A stretch of DNA of 64,000 nt, taken from contig CACJNV010000002.1 in the NCBI GenBank assembly GCA_902594865.1, positions 31,121-95,120 on the forward strand, in the 5' to 3' direction. Below the pieces are notes generated by a model. The model had not been told where the DNA came from and searched no databases. It saw only the letters and a list, made by a program, of their open reading frames with translations. Source of the stretch: an uncultured Pelagibacteraceae bacterium. GTDB taxonomy: Bacteria > Pseudomonadota > Alphaproteobacteria > Pelagibacterales > Pelagibacteraceae. This document shows positions 30,107 to 41,535 of this stretch, piece by piece. A program made the translations under genes and the position numbers. Positions within the stretch are counted from its first letter, which is position 1. Each line of letters opens with the position of its first letter.

Positions 30107-31207
30107 ATGAATAATTATTTTATAATACTAGCATCAGGACAAAGCAAAAGATTTAATTCCAATAAACCAAAGCAGTTCAATATTTATAAAAACAAGGCTC
30201 TTTTTAAACATTCTTTAGAAAAAGCAATGAAATCAAAGCTGTTTAAAAAAATTATATTGGTCGTAAATAATAAAAAAAGCATTAAAGAAAAATTCCCTAA
30301 GAATGTATCAATTATAAAAGGTGGTAAAGAAAGATCTGATTCTTCTTTAATAGCCTTAAAATATATAAAAAAATTTAATCCAAATAATGTTTTAATTCAT
30401 GATGCTGCTAGACCAAATTTCACAATCAAGCTTTTAAAAAGACTAGTTAAATCACTTAAAAACAATAAGGCTGTAATACCTTCTATAAATTCAAAAGACT
30501 CCATTAAATACAAATTAAAAAACCAACTTTTTAACTTAAATCGAAATAATTCAATTTTAACTCAAACTCCTCAAGCTTTTAAATTTAAAGATTTGTATAT
30601 TCTTTCAAATAAACAAAAAAATAAAATTACTGATGAAGCGACATTGTTTATTGAAAACAATTTAAAAATTAAATTTATTAAAGGTGAGAACTTAAATAAT
30701 AAAATTACATTTAAAGAAGATATCGAAACTAATAAAATTTATTTTGGTATTGGTTTTGATATTCATAGATTAATAAGAGGAAAAAAACTTTATTTAGGTG
30801 GAATAAAAATTCCTTATCACTCAGGACTTAAAGGACATTCTGATGGAGATGTAATTATTCATTCAATAATAGATTCTCTTCTTGGTGCCATGAGAAAAAA
30901 AGATATTGGTGCCTTTTTTCCAGATAACCAAAAAAAATATAAAAATATAAGATCCCCTAAAATGCTAAAGCCTATTGTTGAGATATTAAATAATAATAAC
31001 TTTTATATAAATAATTTAGATATAAATTTAATTTGTGAACAACCAAAAGTTTCAAAGTTTAGAAATAAAATAATCAAAACTCTATCTAATTTATTAAATA
31101 TTGATAAAGAATTGATTAATCTAAAAGGTAAAACAGTAGAAAAACTTGGATTAATTGGAAAGGAAAAAGCAATAGCTTGTGAAGTTATTTGCTCAATAAC
31201 GCAATGA
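30107..31207 (+). CDS. ispDF: Bifunctional IspD/IspF (MEP pathway)
   Basis: GGKERSDS, IHDAARP, QTPQAF; GIGFDIH, GHSDGDV..H, DIG..FP, KGKT.EKLG. Confidence 0.92.
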   Translation: MNNYFIILASGQSKRFNSNKPKQFNIYKNKALFKHSLEKAMKSKLFKKIILVVNNKKSIKEKFPKNVSIIKGGKERSDSSLIALKYIKKFNPNNVLIHDAARPNFTIKLLKRLVKSLKNNKAVIPSINSKDSIKYKLKNQLFNLNRNNSILTQTPQAFKFKDLYILSNKQKNKITDEATLFIENNLKIKFIKGENLNNKITFKEDIETNKIYFGIGFDIHRLIRGKKLYLGGIKIPYHSGLKGHSDGDVIIHSIIDSLLGAMRKKDIGAFFPDNQKKYKNIRSPKMLKPIVEILNNNNFYINNLDINLICEQPKVSKFRNKIIKTLSNLLNIDKELINLKGKTVEKLGLIGKEKAIACEVICSITQ

Positions 31208-31695
31208 AAAAAATAAATGTTTTGTTATCTACTTTCTTTGGTTATGGATATTTAACTAAAATTCCTGGCACTGTAACCTCTGCTATAACAGCTATTTTTA
31301 TTTATATTGCTTACGAAATTTTAGGCTACACTGATCTTAATTTTTCTGTTATTTTTTTTATTATTTTATTCTTTTATTCATTTTATGCCGTAAAAGACTC
31401 TGAGTCTGAATTTAATAATAAGGATCCAAGGCAAATAGTAATCGATGAAGTTCTAGGGCAATCTATGCCTTTAATTTTATTATTATATTTAAATCAAACT
31501 AATCAAATAAATATTTCAATTGAAATTTATTATATTCTATCTTTTGTTTTTTTTAGATTTTTTGACATCCTAAAACCTTTTCCAGTAAGTTATTTTGATA
31601 AATATCATAAGAACTATTTTGGAATAATTATGGATGATATAATGGCTGGGTTGTATTCAATGATATTAATATATTTAATAAGTCTAAAATTCTAA
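31204..31695 (+). CDS. pgpA: Phosphatidylglycerophosphatase A
   Basis: PGT, DP.QIVIDEV.G, FRFFDILKP.P, GI.MDD..AG. Start taken at ATG 31204 (ATGA overlap with ispDF). Confidence 0.92.
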   Translation: MKKINVLLSTFFGYGYLTKIPGTVTSAITAIFIYIAYEILGYTDLNFSVIFFIILFFYSFYAVKDSESEFNNKDPRQIVIDEVLGQSMPLILLLYLNQTNQINISIEIYYILSFVFFRFFDILKPFPVSYFDKYHKNYFGIIMDDIMAGLYSMILIYLISLKF

Positions 31696-32159
31696 TGAGT
31701 ATTCAATTAATTCATAAAAAATTAATTAAAAAAAAATTAACAATATCTGTAGCTGAGTCTTGTACGGGTGGATTATTGGCTCATAATTTGACTAAATTAG
31801 CTAATTCATCAAAATATTTTCAAATGGGTCTGACCACATACTCTAATCAAGCCAAAATAAAGATATTAAAGATCAATAAAAATATTATTAGAAAATATGG
31901 TGCGGTAAGCAATGAGTGTTGTAAGGCAATGGTTCAAAATTTATCTAAAATTTCAAAGAGTAAGATCAATATCTCTATAACTGGAATTGCTGGACCAGGA
32001 GGTGGATCAAAAGAAAAACCGGTTGGCCTTGTTTATATTGGCATCAAAAAAGGTAAAACCTTACTTATTAAAGCAAATAAATTTAAATTAAAAAATCGAA
32101 ATTTAATTCAAAAATCAACAGTCCGTACTGTGATTAAGATAATTGGTAAAATTATTTAA
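31695..32159 (+). CDS. cinA: CinA C-terminal domain protein (NMN deamidase PncC)
   Basis: AESCTGG, YSN.AK, GAVS, SITGIAGPGGG...KPVG.V. Confidence 0.9.
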   Translation: MSIQLIHKKLIKKKLTISVAESCTGGLLAHNLTKLANSSKYFQMGLTTYSNQAKIKILKINKNIIRKYGAVSNECCKAMVQNLSKISKSKINISITGIAGPGGGSKEKPVGLVYIGIKKGKTLLIKANKFKLKNRNLIQKSTVRTVIKIIGKII

Positions 32160-32607
32160 TACTTTCAGCTCTTTTTTGAAATGCGTCTGCTATCTTTTCC
32201 AAACCAAATTGAAAAGACTTAGTCATTAAAATATTTAAAAATTTATTTTCGATTTCAAAATCGATATCAAATATAACCTCTGTTTTATAACCCTCGATAT
32301 CATTTCCTACTTCAATAAATTTCCAATTGTTTTCTAAATGATTTAATGGTCCACCTAAATTAACAACGTGAATATGATCGTTTTTTTTATTTAATTTAAC
32401 GTCACTTTTAAATGTATCCTTAAATGGCCCCTTACCTATTGTAAGATCCGCTATTATATTTATTGTATCTCCGTTATCACTTCTCTCATAAACTTGTGAG
32501 TTATCGCAGAAAGGAATAAATTCTGGATATTTTTCAATATCTAAAACAAACTCAATGAGTTTATCTTTTCTGTTATCAATTAATCGCTTAACTGATGCTT
32601 TTGGCAT
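32152..32607 (-). CDS. Coq10/RatA START-domain protein
   Basis: V.DIEKYPEFIP.C, GP..HLEN.WKF, AF.KRA; follows lipA. Confidence 0.88.
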   Translation of the reverse strand: MPKASVKRLIDNRKDKLIEFVLDIEKYPEFIPFCDNSQVYERSDNGDTINIIADLTIGKGPFKDTFKSDVKLNKKNDHIHVVNLGGPLNHLENNWKFIEVGNDIEGYKTEVIFDIDFEIENKFLNILMTKSFQFGLEKIADAFQKRAESIK

Positions 32608-33527
32608 TAATTATTTTTTAATCTGTTTTGTTGAAGTTTCGCAAAATCTTCATCAGCATGATATGATGATCTAGTTAAAGGGGATGAAGACACTAACAAA
32701 AATCCTTTGGCTTTTGCTACTGTTCCTAAATCTTGAAATTCTTTTGGTGTGTAATATCGGTCTAATGGATAATGTTTTGTTGAAGGTTGTAAATATTGAC
32801 CGATCGTTATGAAATCAACATCAGCAGCTCTTAAATCATCCATGACTTGTAAAATTTCGTCTCTTGTCTCCCCTAGGCCAACCATTATTCCTGATTTAGT
32901 AAAAATATTTTTGTCAACTTTTTTTGCATTTTTTAAAAGTTCTAAAGATGCAAAATATCTAGAACCTGGTCTAACTTTTAAATAAAGGCTAGGGACAGTT
33001 TCAATATTATGATTAAAAACATCTGGTTTAGCATTTAAAACTTTTTTATAAGCATCTCTTTTTCTTAAAAAATCAGGTGTAAGAACTTCTATAGTGGTAT
33101 TTGGGTTTGATTTTCTAGTTTGATTAATCACTTCAAAAAAATGTTCTGACCCTCCATCATCTAAATCATCTCTGTCCACTGAAGTAATTACAACATGTTT
33201 TAAATTTAATTTTTTTACCGCTTCTGCAATCTTAACAGGTTCAAGTTGATCTAATTTTCCTGGTACGCCAGTTTTAACATCACAAAAAGCACAAGCTCTT
33301 GTACATGTATCCCCCATAATCATAAAAGTTGCATGTCGCTTACTCCAACATTCAGTTATATTTGGACAGTTTGCTTCCTGACAAACAGTAACAAGGTTAT
33401 TATTATTTACTATTGTTTTAGTTAAAAAGAATTCCTTACTATTTGTAAGCCTTGATCTAATCCATTCAGGTTTTTTTTTAATTGGATTAATCGGTTTGTT
33501 TTCTTTTTCTGGATGTCTACTTTTCAT
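32607..33527 (-). CDS. lipA: Lipoyl synthase
   Basis: [29 protein letters not shown]. Confidence 0.97.
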   Translation of the reverse strand: MKSRHPEKENKPINPIKKKPEWIRSRLTNSKEFFLTKTIVNNNNLVTVCQEANCPNITECWSKRHATFMIMGDTCTRACAFCDVKTGVPGKLDQLEPVKIAEAVKKLNLKHVVITSVDRDDLDDGGSEHFFEVINQTRKSNPNTTIEVLTPDFLRKRDAYKKVLNAKPDVFNHNIETVPSLYLKVRPGSRYFASLELLKNAKKVDKNIFTKSGIMVGLGETRDEILQVMDDLRAADVDFITIGQYLQPSTKHYPLDRYYTPKEFQDLGTVAKAKGFLLVSSSPLTRSSYHADEDFAKLQQNRLKNN

Positions 33528-33819
33528 CTTTTTTAATTATATAAATTGTCTCATTTTTTTTACCAAACAAAAATCGTTCTCTAATTAAAGTCTCAATATA
33601 ATCAAGGTCTAAATTAGTGCTTAGAAGTGAATTTTTATGATCCACATCATCTATTTTACTAGTTAGGGTTAATTCTTCTTTTTTCAAGTTAGACAAAAGT
33701 TCCTTTTTTTCTATATACGAAAAAAGACCTCTTTCTCCTGAAACTAAATTAAAACCAAAATAGAAAATAAGAAAAACAGATATTAATAAAAAATAATTTC
33801 TTTTTATTAATCGAAGCAT
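33517..33819 (-). CDS. ftsB: Septum formation initiator FtsB/DivIC
   Basis: TM helix, GERGL, coiled coil, LDLDYIE...RE; downstream of eno. Confidence 0.85.
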   Translation of the reverse strand: MLRLIKRNYFLLISVFLIFYFGFNLVSGERGLFSYIEKKELLSNLKKEELTLTSKIDDVDHKNSLLSTNLDLDYIETLIRERFLFGKKNETIYIIKKDEK

Positions 33820-35075
33820 TAATTGATCTTATTCATCCTCGCTTTTTTTCCAAGTTCTTCTTCAATACGGATTAATTGGTTATATTTTGCTACCCTTTCA
33901 GATCTAGCTAAAGATCCTGTTTTAATTTGATTTGAATTAGTTCCCACTGCTAAATCAGCAATAAACGTATCCTCACTATCACCTGATCGATGAGATATAA
34001 TTGTTTTATATCCAATAGTTTGTGCAAATTTAATTACATCAAGAGTTTCGGAAACTGTACCAATTTGATTTAGCTTTATTAAGATAGAATTTGAGGAAAT
34101 ATTCAAGAAACCTTTCTTCAATCTTTCAAGATTTGTTACATACAAATCATCTCCTACAATCTGAACTTTTTTTATTGATTTCATTAATTTATTCCATGCC
34201 AACCAATCATTTTCAGCAAATGGATCCTCAATAGACTTGATTTTATATTTTTTAATAATTTTTTGATATTCTTTAATGGAATTGTCTACTGAAATATAAC
34301 TTTTTGAATGAATAGAGTATTTATTTTTTTTGCATAATTCATTAGCAGCCACATCTAGGCAAATAGAAACATCTTTCCCATTAATAAATCCTGATTTTTT
34401 AATTGCATTCACAATTAAATCTAAAGCTTGGTTATTACTACTGATCATGGGTGCAAACCCACCTTCATCACCTACAGAAGTTGATAAACCTTTAGCTTTA
34501 ATTAATTTACTTAAGTTTTTAATAACAACAAAACAAATCCGCATCGCCTCTGAAAAACTTTTTGCTCGATCAGGTCTGATCATAAACTCTTGTATTCTAA
34601 GACCATTATTTGCATGTGCTCCACCATTAATTATATTCATTAATGGATAAGGTAATTTGAAGTTATTTTTTTGAGAAAAAGTTTTGTACAAAGGTAATTT
34701 TTTTGCTTTTGCAGACAATTTTTTAACAGCCATAGAAACAGCTAACATCGCATTAGCTCCTAAGTTAGTTTTTTGTCTTGTGCCATCTAAGTTAATTAAC
34801 AAAGCATCAATTCTTTCTTGGTTGTGAATACTTTGTCCTTTTAATTTTTTTGAAATCTTTGTATTAACTAAGTTAACTGCACTTAAAACACTTTTTCCTA
34901 AATATCGTTTATTATTTTTATCTCTTTTTTCAAAAGCTTCAAAAGTTCCTGTGGAAGCACCTGAGGGACAAATAGAAGATGCGCTATTATTTTTTATATA
35001 AACCTCAGCCTCAACTGTTGGATTTCCTCTACTGTCAAAAACTTGTCGTGCTTTTACTTTTAAAATTTTACTCAC
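33819..35075 (-). CDS. eno: Enolase
   Basis: DSRGNPTVE, PSGASTG, GDEGGF, VGDDL, SHRSG, QIKTGS, RSER; GTG start. Confidence 0.96.
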   Translation of the reverse strand: MSKILKVKARQVFDSRGNPTVEAEVYIKNNSASSICPSGASTGTFEAFEKRDKNNKRYLGKSVLSAVNLVNTKISKKLKGQSIHNQERIDALLINLDGTRQKTNLGANAMLAVSMAVKKLSAKAKKLPLYKTFSQKNNFKLPYPLMNIINGGAHANNGLRIQEFMIRPDRAKSFSEAMRICFVVIKNLSKLIKAKGLSTSVGDEGGFAPMISSNNQALDLIVNAIKKSGFINGKDVSICLDVAANELCKKNKYSIHSKSYISVDNSIKEYQKIIKKYKIKSIEDPFAENDWLAWNKLMKSIKKVQIVGDDLYVTNLERLKKGFLNISSNSILIKLNQIGTVSETLDVIKFAQTIGYKTIISHRSGDSEDTFIADLAVGTNSNQIKTGSLARSERVAKYNQLIRIEEELGKKARMNKIN

Positions 35076-35899
35076 TATTTTTTAATTAGATTATCTATAT
35101 CGTGTAATTGTTTTAATAGATTCTCTAATTTATTCAATGGTACCATGTTTGGTCCATCCGATGGAGCATTGTCAGGATCTTGATGCGTTTCAATAAATAC
35201 ACCAGCAACACCAACTGCTACTGCGGCTCTTGCTAAATATTCAACAAATTCTCTTTGACCGCCAGAAGATTCTCCTTGTCCACCTGGTTGTTGAACGGAG
35301 TGAGTAGCATCAAAAATTACTGGATAACCATTCTTTGCCATTATAGGTAACGATCTCATGTCAGAGACTAAAGTGTTATAACCAAAGCTTGCACCTCTTT
35401 CTGTAACTAGGATATTTTTATTTCCTGAGTCTGAAATTTTCTTTGTAACATTCACCATGTCCCAAGGTGCTAAGAACTGACCTTTTTTAACATTAATAAT
35501 TTTATTTGTTTTAGCTGCAGCAATTAACAGGTCTGTTTGTCGACATAAAAAAGCTGGGATTTGTAAAACGTCGACATGCTTTGAAACAACTCTACATTGT
35601 TCTGCATTATGAATGTCAGTTAAAATAGGAACATTTAATTCCTTTTTTATTTTATCAAATACAGGAAGTGATGCATCTAATCCTGCTCCCCTTTTACCTT
35701 TTAAGCTTGTTCTGTTCGCTTTATCAAAAGAAGTTTTGTAAATAAATCCAAGGCCAAATTTTGAGGTAATTTCTTTAATTTTTCCAGCCATATCTATTGC
35801 ATGCTGCTCTGTCTCTAGCTGGCATGGACCTGCAATAATACAAATCTTATTATTGTTTGAAATTTCTATATTTTCACAATTTACTTTAATCGCACTCAT
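35075..35899 (-). CDS. kdsA: KDO-8-phosphate synthase
   Basis: [38 protein letters not shown]. Confidence 0.97.
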   Translation of the reverse strand: MSAIKVNCENIEISNNNKICIIAGPCQLETEQHAIDMAGKIKEITSKFGLGFIYKTSFDKANRTSLKGKRGAGLDASLPVFDKIKKELNVPILTDIHNAEQCRVVSKHVDVLQIPAFLCRQTDLLIAAAKTNKIINVKKGQFLAPWDMVNVTKKISDSGNKNILVTERGASFGYNTLVSDMRSLPIMAKNGYPVIFDATHSVQQPGGQGESSGGQREFVEYLARAAVAVGVAGVFIETHQDPDNAPSDGPNMVPLNKLENLLKQLHDIDNLIKK

Positions 35900-37512
35900 C
35901 TATGATTTTTTGCTGCTTTGATAAAAGAAGAGAATAAAGGATGTGGGTTCAAAGGTCTAGATTTAAATTCAGGATGAAACTGAACACCTATAAACCAAGG
36001 GTGATTTTTAAGTTCAATTATCTCTGGCAGCTTATGATCTGGAGATAAACCTGAAAAGATTAATCCTTTCTTCTCAAATTTTTCTTTATATGAAATATCC
36101 ACTTCATATCTATGTCTATGTCTCTCTTTAATTAATCTAGATTTATAAATATCTCTAATTTTAGATTTATCTTTCAAGATTGCATCATAAGAACCAAGTC
36201 TCATGGTGCCCCCTAAATCTTTATCTGTTCCTTTAACCTTCTTGCCACTTTTTTCCCATTCATGCATCAAGCCAATAATATGAACACCACCTTTATCAAA
36301 CTCAGAAGAAGTTGCTTTTTTAATTTTTAATTGATTTCTAGCAAATTCAATTATAGCCATTTGCATTCCATAACAAATTCCAAGAAATGGAATTTTATTT
36401 ATTCTTGCATACCTTATAGCTTCAATTTTACCTTCAGTTCCTCTTTTACCAAATCCACCTGGAATTAAAATTCCTGAAACATTTTTAAGCTTATTTTTTA
36501 TCTCTGAAACTTTTAATTTTTCAGAATCTATTCTTTCTAAATTAACTTTAAGATTATTGGATATTCCTCCATGAGTAAGTGCTTCATCTAAAGATTTATA
36601 CGCATCTTTTAATTCAACGTATTTGCCAATAATTGCAATATTAACATGTCTTTTAGTATTAAGAGTGATTTTAGTTATTTTCTTCCAAGGTGTTAAATTA
36701 TTAGATTTTTTAGATTTTATTTTGAAATAATTTAAAACTTGTACATCTAATTTTTCTTTTGCAAAACTAATCGGTGCCTCATAAATAGTTTTAACATCAA
36801 CGGTCTCAATTACATTTTTTATATCAACGTTACAAAACAAAGATATTTTTTTTCTATGTTCCAAAGGAATAGGTCTTTCTGATCTACAAATTATAATATC
36901 AGGTTGAATACCGATACTTCTTAATTCTTTAACTGAATGTTGTGTTGGTTTGGTTTTTATTTCATCAGATGCTTTTATATAAGGAACTAAAGTTAAATGA
37001 ATAAACAATGCATTTTTTTTACTAATGTCATTTGAAAATTGTCTAATTGCTTCTACAAATGGTAAACTTTCTATATCCCCTACTATTCCTCCTATTTCAC
37101 AAATGACAAAGTCTTCTTTAGATGTATCGTGTTTTATAAATTCTTTAATTCTATCTGTAATATGTGGAATAACTTGAACTGTTTTACCTAAATACTGACC
37201 TTTTCTCTCTTTTCTAAGAACATCACTATAGATTTTTCCTGTTGTAATGTTATCGGTTTTTTTTGCTGTTACTCCTGAAAATCTTTCATAGTGACCTAAA
37301 TCTAAATCTGTTTCAGCACCATCATCGGTTACAAAAACTTCTCCATGTTGAAACGGACTCATTGTTCCTGGATCTACATTTAAATAAGGGTCTAATTTTC
37401 TCAAACGAACTTTGTAACCTCTTGATTGTAATAAATAAGCAAGGGAAGCAGAAGAGAGACCTTTACCGAGGGAAGAAACCACGCCGCCAGTGACAAATAT
37501 ATATCGCGCCAT
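35896..37512 (-). CDS. pyrG: CTP synthase
   Basis: [44 protein letters not shown]. Confidence 0.98.
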   Translation of the reverse strand: MARYIFVTGGVVSSLGKGLSSASLAYLLQSRGYKVRLRKLDPYLNVDPGTMSPFQHGEVFVTDDGAETDLDLGHYERFSGVTAKKTDNITTGKIYSDVLRKERKGQYLGKTVQVIPHITDRIKEFIKHDTSKEDFVICEIGGIVGDIESLPFVEAIRQFSNDISKKNALFIHLTLVPYIKASDEIKTKPTQHSVKELRSIGIQPDIIICRSERPIPLEHRKKISLFCNVDIKNVIETVDVKTIYEAPISFAKEKLDVQVLNYFKIKSKKSNNLTPWKKITKITLNTKRHVNIAIIGKYVELKDAYKSLDEALTHGGISNNLKVNLERIDSEKLKVSEIKNKLKNVSGILIPGGFGKRGTEGKIEAIRYARINKIPFLGICYGMQMAIIEFARNQLKIKKATSSEFDKGGVHIIGLMHEWEKSGKKVKGTDKDLGGTMRLGSYDAILKDKSKIRDIYKSRLIKERHRHRYEVDISYKEKFEKKGLIFSGLSPDHKLPEIIELKNHPWFIGVQFHPEFKSRPLNPHPLFSSFIKAAKNHR

Positions 37513-37556
37513 GGAAGTATCTTATAGCGAATAAAAAATGAATTGAAAAGGATTAA

Positions 37557-37856
37557 TTAATTATTTTCTGGAATTGAGGGTGTATCTTCCGTTTTTTCCT
37601 CAACTGTATCTAATACCGACCCTGTAGGAGTAAGTTCTGCTCTAGAAATTATTGTGAGAGCTAAACTGCAAATAATAAAAAGTGTTGCTACGATTGCAGT
37701 GGCTTTTGTCATGAAACTGCCTGCTGATCTAGACAACATAAAATTTTCTTGAGAAACTCCAATACCAAGAGCGCCTCCTTCTGATTTTTGCAACAAAACC
37801 AAAAGAACTAAAATAACTGCAAGGATGATATTAATTACTAATAATAAAGTTTCCAT
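37557..37856 (-). CDS. secG: Preprotein translocase subunit SecG
   Basis: VLLQKSEGGALG, two TM helices, between tpiA and pyrG. Confidence 0.93.
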   Translation of the reverse strand: METLLLVINIILAVILVLLVLLQKSEGGALGIGVSQENFMLSRSAGSFMTKATAIVATLFIICSLALTIISRAELTPTGSVLDTVEEKTEDTPSIPENN

Positions 37857-37862
37857 GTGGGT

Positions 37863-38603
37863 CTAATTAATGGTTTTTTTAATTATATCAATAAATTTTT
37901 TTGGAATTTGTGATGCGCCTCCTATCAAAAAACCATCAATGTTAGGAATTTTTTTTAATATACTTACGTTATTAGTATTTACAGACCCACCATATAAAAT
38001 TTTAGGATATTTTTTTACAAATCTACTTTTAATAAATGAAATAGTTTTGTTTAAATCAGCTTCTTTTGGAATTACACCTGTACCGATAGACCATACAGGC
38101 TCATAAGCTATGATAATTTTAGATTTATTATTTATCGATTTTAATCCTTTTTCAATTTGTTTTTTTAAAATTTGATTAGTTTTTTTTTGTCTTCTTTGTC
38201 TCAAAGTTTCGCCAATACAAAATATAATTTTCAAGCCTGATTTAATTGCACTTTTAATTTTTAAATTAATTAGATTGTCTGTTTCTCCTAACTGCCTATT
38301 TTCTGAATGTCCCAAAATAACAAATTTTGCTCCAACGTTTTTAAGCATAGTGGAATTTACTTGGCCAGTGTGCGCACCGTAGTCATAGCTGTGATGACAG
38401 TTTTGTGCGCCGACTTCTATTTTTGTTTTTTTAAGTCTTCTCGATAATGGACGAATTAATGTATTTGGTGGGCAATAAACTATTTTTAACTTATTTTTTT
38501 TATTATTTTTTGAAAACTTTATTACTTTATCAAGTGAATTTAGAGTTCTTAAATCACCAAACATTTTCCAATTAGCTACAAAATACATATATTTATTTGT
38601 CAT
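37863..38603 (-). CDS. tpiA: Triosephosphate isomerase
   Basis: ANWKM, GAQNC, GHSE.R, AYEPVWSIGTG, YGGSV, LIGGAS. Confidence 0.96.
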   Translation of the reverse strand: MTNKYMYFVANWKMFGDLRTLNSLDKVIKFSKNNKKNKLKIVYCPPNTLIRPLSRRLKKTKIEVGAQNCHHSYDYGAHTGQVNSTMLKNVGAKFVILGHSENRQLGETDNLINLKIKSAIKSGLKIIFCIGETLRQRRQKKTNQILKKQIEKGLKSINNKSKIIIAYEPVWSIGTGVIPKEADLNKTISFIKSRFVKKYPKILYGGSVNTNNVSILKKIPNIDGFLIGGASQIPKKFIDIIKKTIN

Positions 38604-38659
38604 AATTGACTTTTTAATCTATAGATTTGTTTTTTACAGATCAATAAATTTATAATGCA

Positions 38660-40078
38660 ATGATTGAAAAATTAAAAAACTTAGGCTGGAAACAATTAGG
38701 TGGATTGGTGTTAATTGTCATAATCATCATCGCTTTTGGTTTTGGTGGTTTTGGCGGTGGGTTTAGTACAAATAATCAAAATAACATTGCAAAAATAAAT
38801 AAAACAAATGTAACAACCCAAGATTTTATTGACTATGTTAATCAAAGTGGAATTTCACAAGAAGCTATTCGAAATAATTTAGACAACAATATAATTGAGG
38901 AATTATTATCAGGATTAATTTCAACTACATTGATTGATTTAGAAATTAAAGACTTTAACCTTTCAATTAACGAAAAAACTATACTTAAAAACATTAAAGA
39001 AAATAAAAATTTTCATGATGAAAATGGTACTTTTCAAAGAATTAAATATGAAAAATTTTTACTCTCCAACAACTTGTCAGCTCCAATGTTTGAATTGCAA
39101 TTAAAAAATAGAGAATTACAGAAACATTTATTTGATTTTATTGGTGCTGGAACAATAACACCAAATTTTTTGATAGAAAAAAAGTTTGAAGAAAATAATA
39201 AATCTTTGGATATTGAGTATTTTGATATGGAAAATCTATATAAAACAAAAGATGATTACACAGTAAATGAAATTGAAGCATTTATTGATGAAAATAAAGA
39301 TCAATTAAAAAGAGAATATATAGATTTTAAGTATGTAATTTTAAATCCAAAAAATCTAATTGGAATTGAAGAATTCAATCAAGAGTTTTTTGATGAAATT
39401 GATTCAATTGAGAACAAAATTTCTCAAGGAATTACTTTTGAAACTATATTAGAAGATATAAATGTTGAAATTATAAAAGTAAATGAATTTGCACCTAGCT
39501 CTAATAAACTGATTAATGAAGATTTAATTTACTCTAAAAAAGCATCTAAAATAGACTTGATAGAAAATGGTGATAACTTTTTACTTTTTAATATTGATAA
39601 TCAATATGATCGAGCTCCAGATTTAAATGATGAAATCATTAAAGGAGAAATGGTTGAGTTAATATATCAAAAAGGTAAATTTGATTACAATAGAGAAATT
39701 ATAGAAGAAATTCAAAATAAGAAATTTGATGATTCAAAATTTGAAGAACTAGCAGGATCAAATAAGGAATATTCTTCTATTAATTCTATAGATGATAATG
39801 AACTCATTGATATTAATTCAGTAAAAATGCTTTATGCGTTACCTGTTAATTCTTTTGCTCTAGTAAATAAAGAAGATAAAATTTATTTAGTAAAAATTAC
39901 TGGAACAAATAAAAATTCATTTAACAAAACTGATGAAAAATATCTTAAATTTGTAAATAGCCAAAATACAAATAATAGAAAAAGCATCTTACAATCGTAT
40001 GATCAATTACTTAATGATAAATATCAAGTTCAATTAAATCAAAAAACTATCGATAGAGTTAAAAATTATTTCAAATGA
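38660..40078 (+). CDS. ppiD: PpiD-like periplasmic chaperone (SurA N-terminal domain)
   Basis: N-terminal TM (AFGFGG), F.DENG.F...Y...L; conserved tpiA/ppiD/trpE synteny. Confidence 0.75.
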   Translation: MIEKLKNLGWKQLGGLVLIVIIIIAFGFGGFGGGFSTNNQNNIAKINKTNVTTQDFIDYVNQSGISQEAIRNNLDNNIIEELLSGLISTTLIDLEIKDFNLSINEKTILKNIKENKNFHDENGTFQRIKYEKFLLSNNLSAPMFELQLKNRELQKHLFDFIGAGTITPNFLIEKKFEENNKSLDIEYFDMENLYKTKDDYTVNEIEAFIDENKDQLKREYIDFKYVILNPKNLIGIEEFNQEFFDEIDSIENKISQGITFETILEDINVEIIKVNEFAPSSNKLINEDLIYSKKASKIDLIENGDNFLLFNIDNQYDRAPDLNDEIIKGEMVELIYQKGKFDYNREIIEEIQNKKFDDSKFEELAGSNKEYSSINSIDDNELIDINSVKMLYALPVNSFALVNKEDKIYLVKITGTNKNSFNKTDEKYLKFVNSQNTNNRKSILQSYDQLLNDKYQVQLNQKTIDRVKNYFK

Positions 40079-41535
40079 TTATTAATCGAAGCTTCAAAGA
40101 TTTTAAGTTTCGACACAGAAGCAAAAAAAATCAAATCATCTTTACTAAAAAGAAAGTAAAAAATGATGAGGAAGTATTAAATTTAATTGATAATTTTCTA
40201 GAGGAAAAAAATAGTTTTATATTTGAGTCTGTAGAAAAAGGTAAAATCAAAGGCAGATATACAATATTTGGTAAAAATCCTGATAAAATTTGGGAATTTA
40301 ATAATAATAATTCTTATCTAATTAAAAGAAATAAAAAAAGAAAATTAAATGATAAACCAGATAAATTAATTGAAAAAATAATTGAAGATTTCAAGTTTCA
40401 AACTCCCAAAAATTTACCTAATATTTGTTCATTAATCTCTGGGTATTTTTCTTATGACTCAATCAGATACATAGAAAAAATTCCAAATAATTGTAAAAAT
40501 GATCTCAATTTACCCGATGTTAGACTTCTACGTCCAAGAACTTTAGTCATTCATGACAATTTAAAAAAAGAAATATTTTACATATCTAATATTTTTAAAG
40601 ATGAAAAAATTAAAAACTATAAAAATAAATATGAAGAAGTTAAATCTGATTTGTTTAAATTACTCATTCAGTCATCAATTAAGAATATTGATAAAAAAAT
40701 AATTCAAAAATCAAAAAATATAAAAGTGAAATCTAACACTTCAAAAAATAAATTTTTATCAATGGTTAATAAGGCAAAAAAATATATTAAATTAGGAGAT
40801 ATTTTTCAGGTTGTTTTAAGCCAAAGATTTGAGGCAAAATTAACAAAAAAACCATTAGACATTTATAAAAAACTAAGAGTAACAAACCCCTCTCCTTTTA
40901 TGTTTTTCTTCAATTTTAAGGATTTTCAAATAATTGGTGCTAGTCCTGAAATACTTGTGAGACTTAGGGATAATAAAATTACTGTAAGACCAATTGCAGG
41001 AACTAGACCTAGGGGTAAAACTAAAAAAGAAGATCTATTTTATGAAAGAGACCTACTTAAAGATAAAAAAGAACTTTCAGAGCATTTGATGTTGCTTGAT
41101 TTAGGTAGAAATGATGCTGGTAAAGTCTCAAAGATAAATTCAGTAAAAGTCACAGAAAGCTTCATTATTGAAAGATATTCTCATGTTATGCATATAGTTT
41201 CAAATGTAGTTGGGGAATATAATAAAAAATTTTCAAAATTTAAATCTCTCTTAGCTGGTTTTCCAGCAGGTACTGTTTCTGGAGCTCCAAAAATTAGAGC
41301 TATGGAAATTATAGATGAATTAGAAACAACAAAAAGAAAAGTTTATGCAGGTGGAATTGGATATTTTTCTGCAAATGGGGAGTTTGATACATGCATAGCC
41401 TTAAGAACTGCAGTTGCTAAAAATAAAAAATTTTATGTTCAAGCAGGTGCGGGTATAGTTGCAGACAGTAAACCTAAAAATGAATATGAAGAAACAGTTA
41501 ATAAAGCGAAAGCTTTAATTAATGCTTTAAGATAA
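40075..41535 (+). CDS. trpE: Anthranilate synthase component I
   Basis: FESVE.G...GRY, GDIFQVVLSQRF, NPSP, ASPE, RPIAGTRPRG, EHLMLLDLGRND, GTVSGAPK. Confidence 0.96.
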   Translation: MIINRSFKDFKFRHRSKKNQIIFTKKKVKNDEEVLNLIDNFLEEKNSFIFESVEKGKIKGRYTIFGKNPDKIWEFNNNNSYLIKRNKKRKLNDKPDKLIEKIIEDFKFQTPKNLPNICSLISGYFSYDSIRYIEKIPNNCKNDLNLPDVRLLRPRTLVIHDNLKKEIFYISNIFKDEKIKNYKNKYEEVKSDLFKLLIQSSIKNIDKKIIQKSKNIKVKSNTSKNKFLSMVNKAKKYIKLGDIFQVVLSQRFEAKLTKKPLDIYKKLRVTNPSPFMFFFNFKDFQIIGASPEILVRLRDNKITVRPIAGTRPRGKTKKEDLFYERDLLKDKKELSEHLMLLDLGRNDAGKVSKINSVKVTESFIIERYSHVMHIVSNVVGEYNKKFSKFKSLLAGFPAGTVSGAPKIRAMEIIDELETTKRKVYAGGIGYFSANGEFDTCIALRTAVAKNKKFYVQAGAGIVADSKPKNEYEETVNKAKALINALR

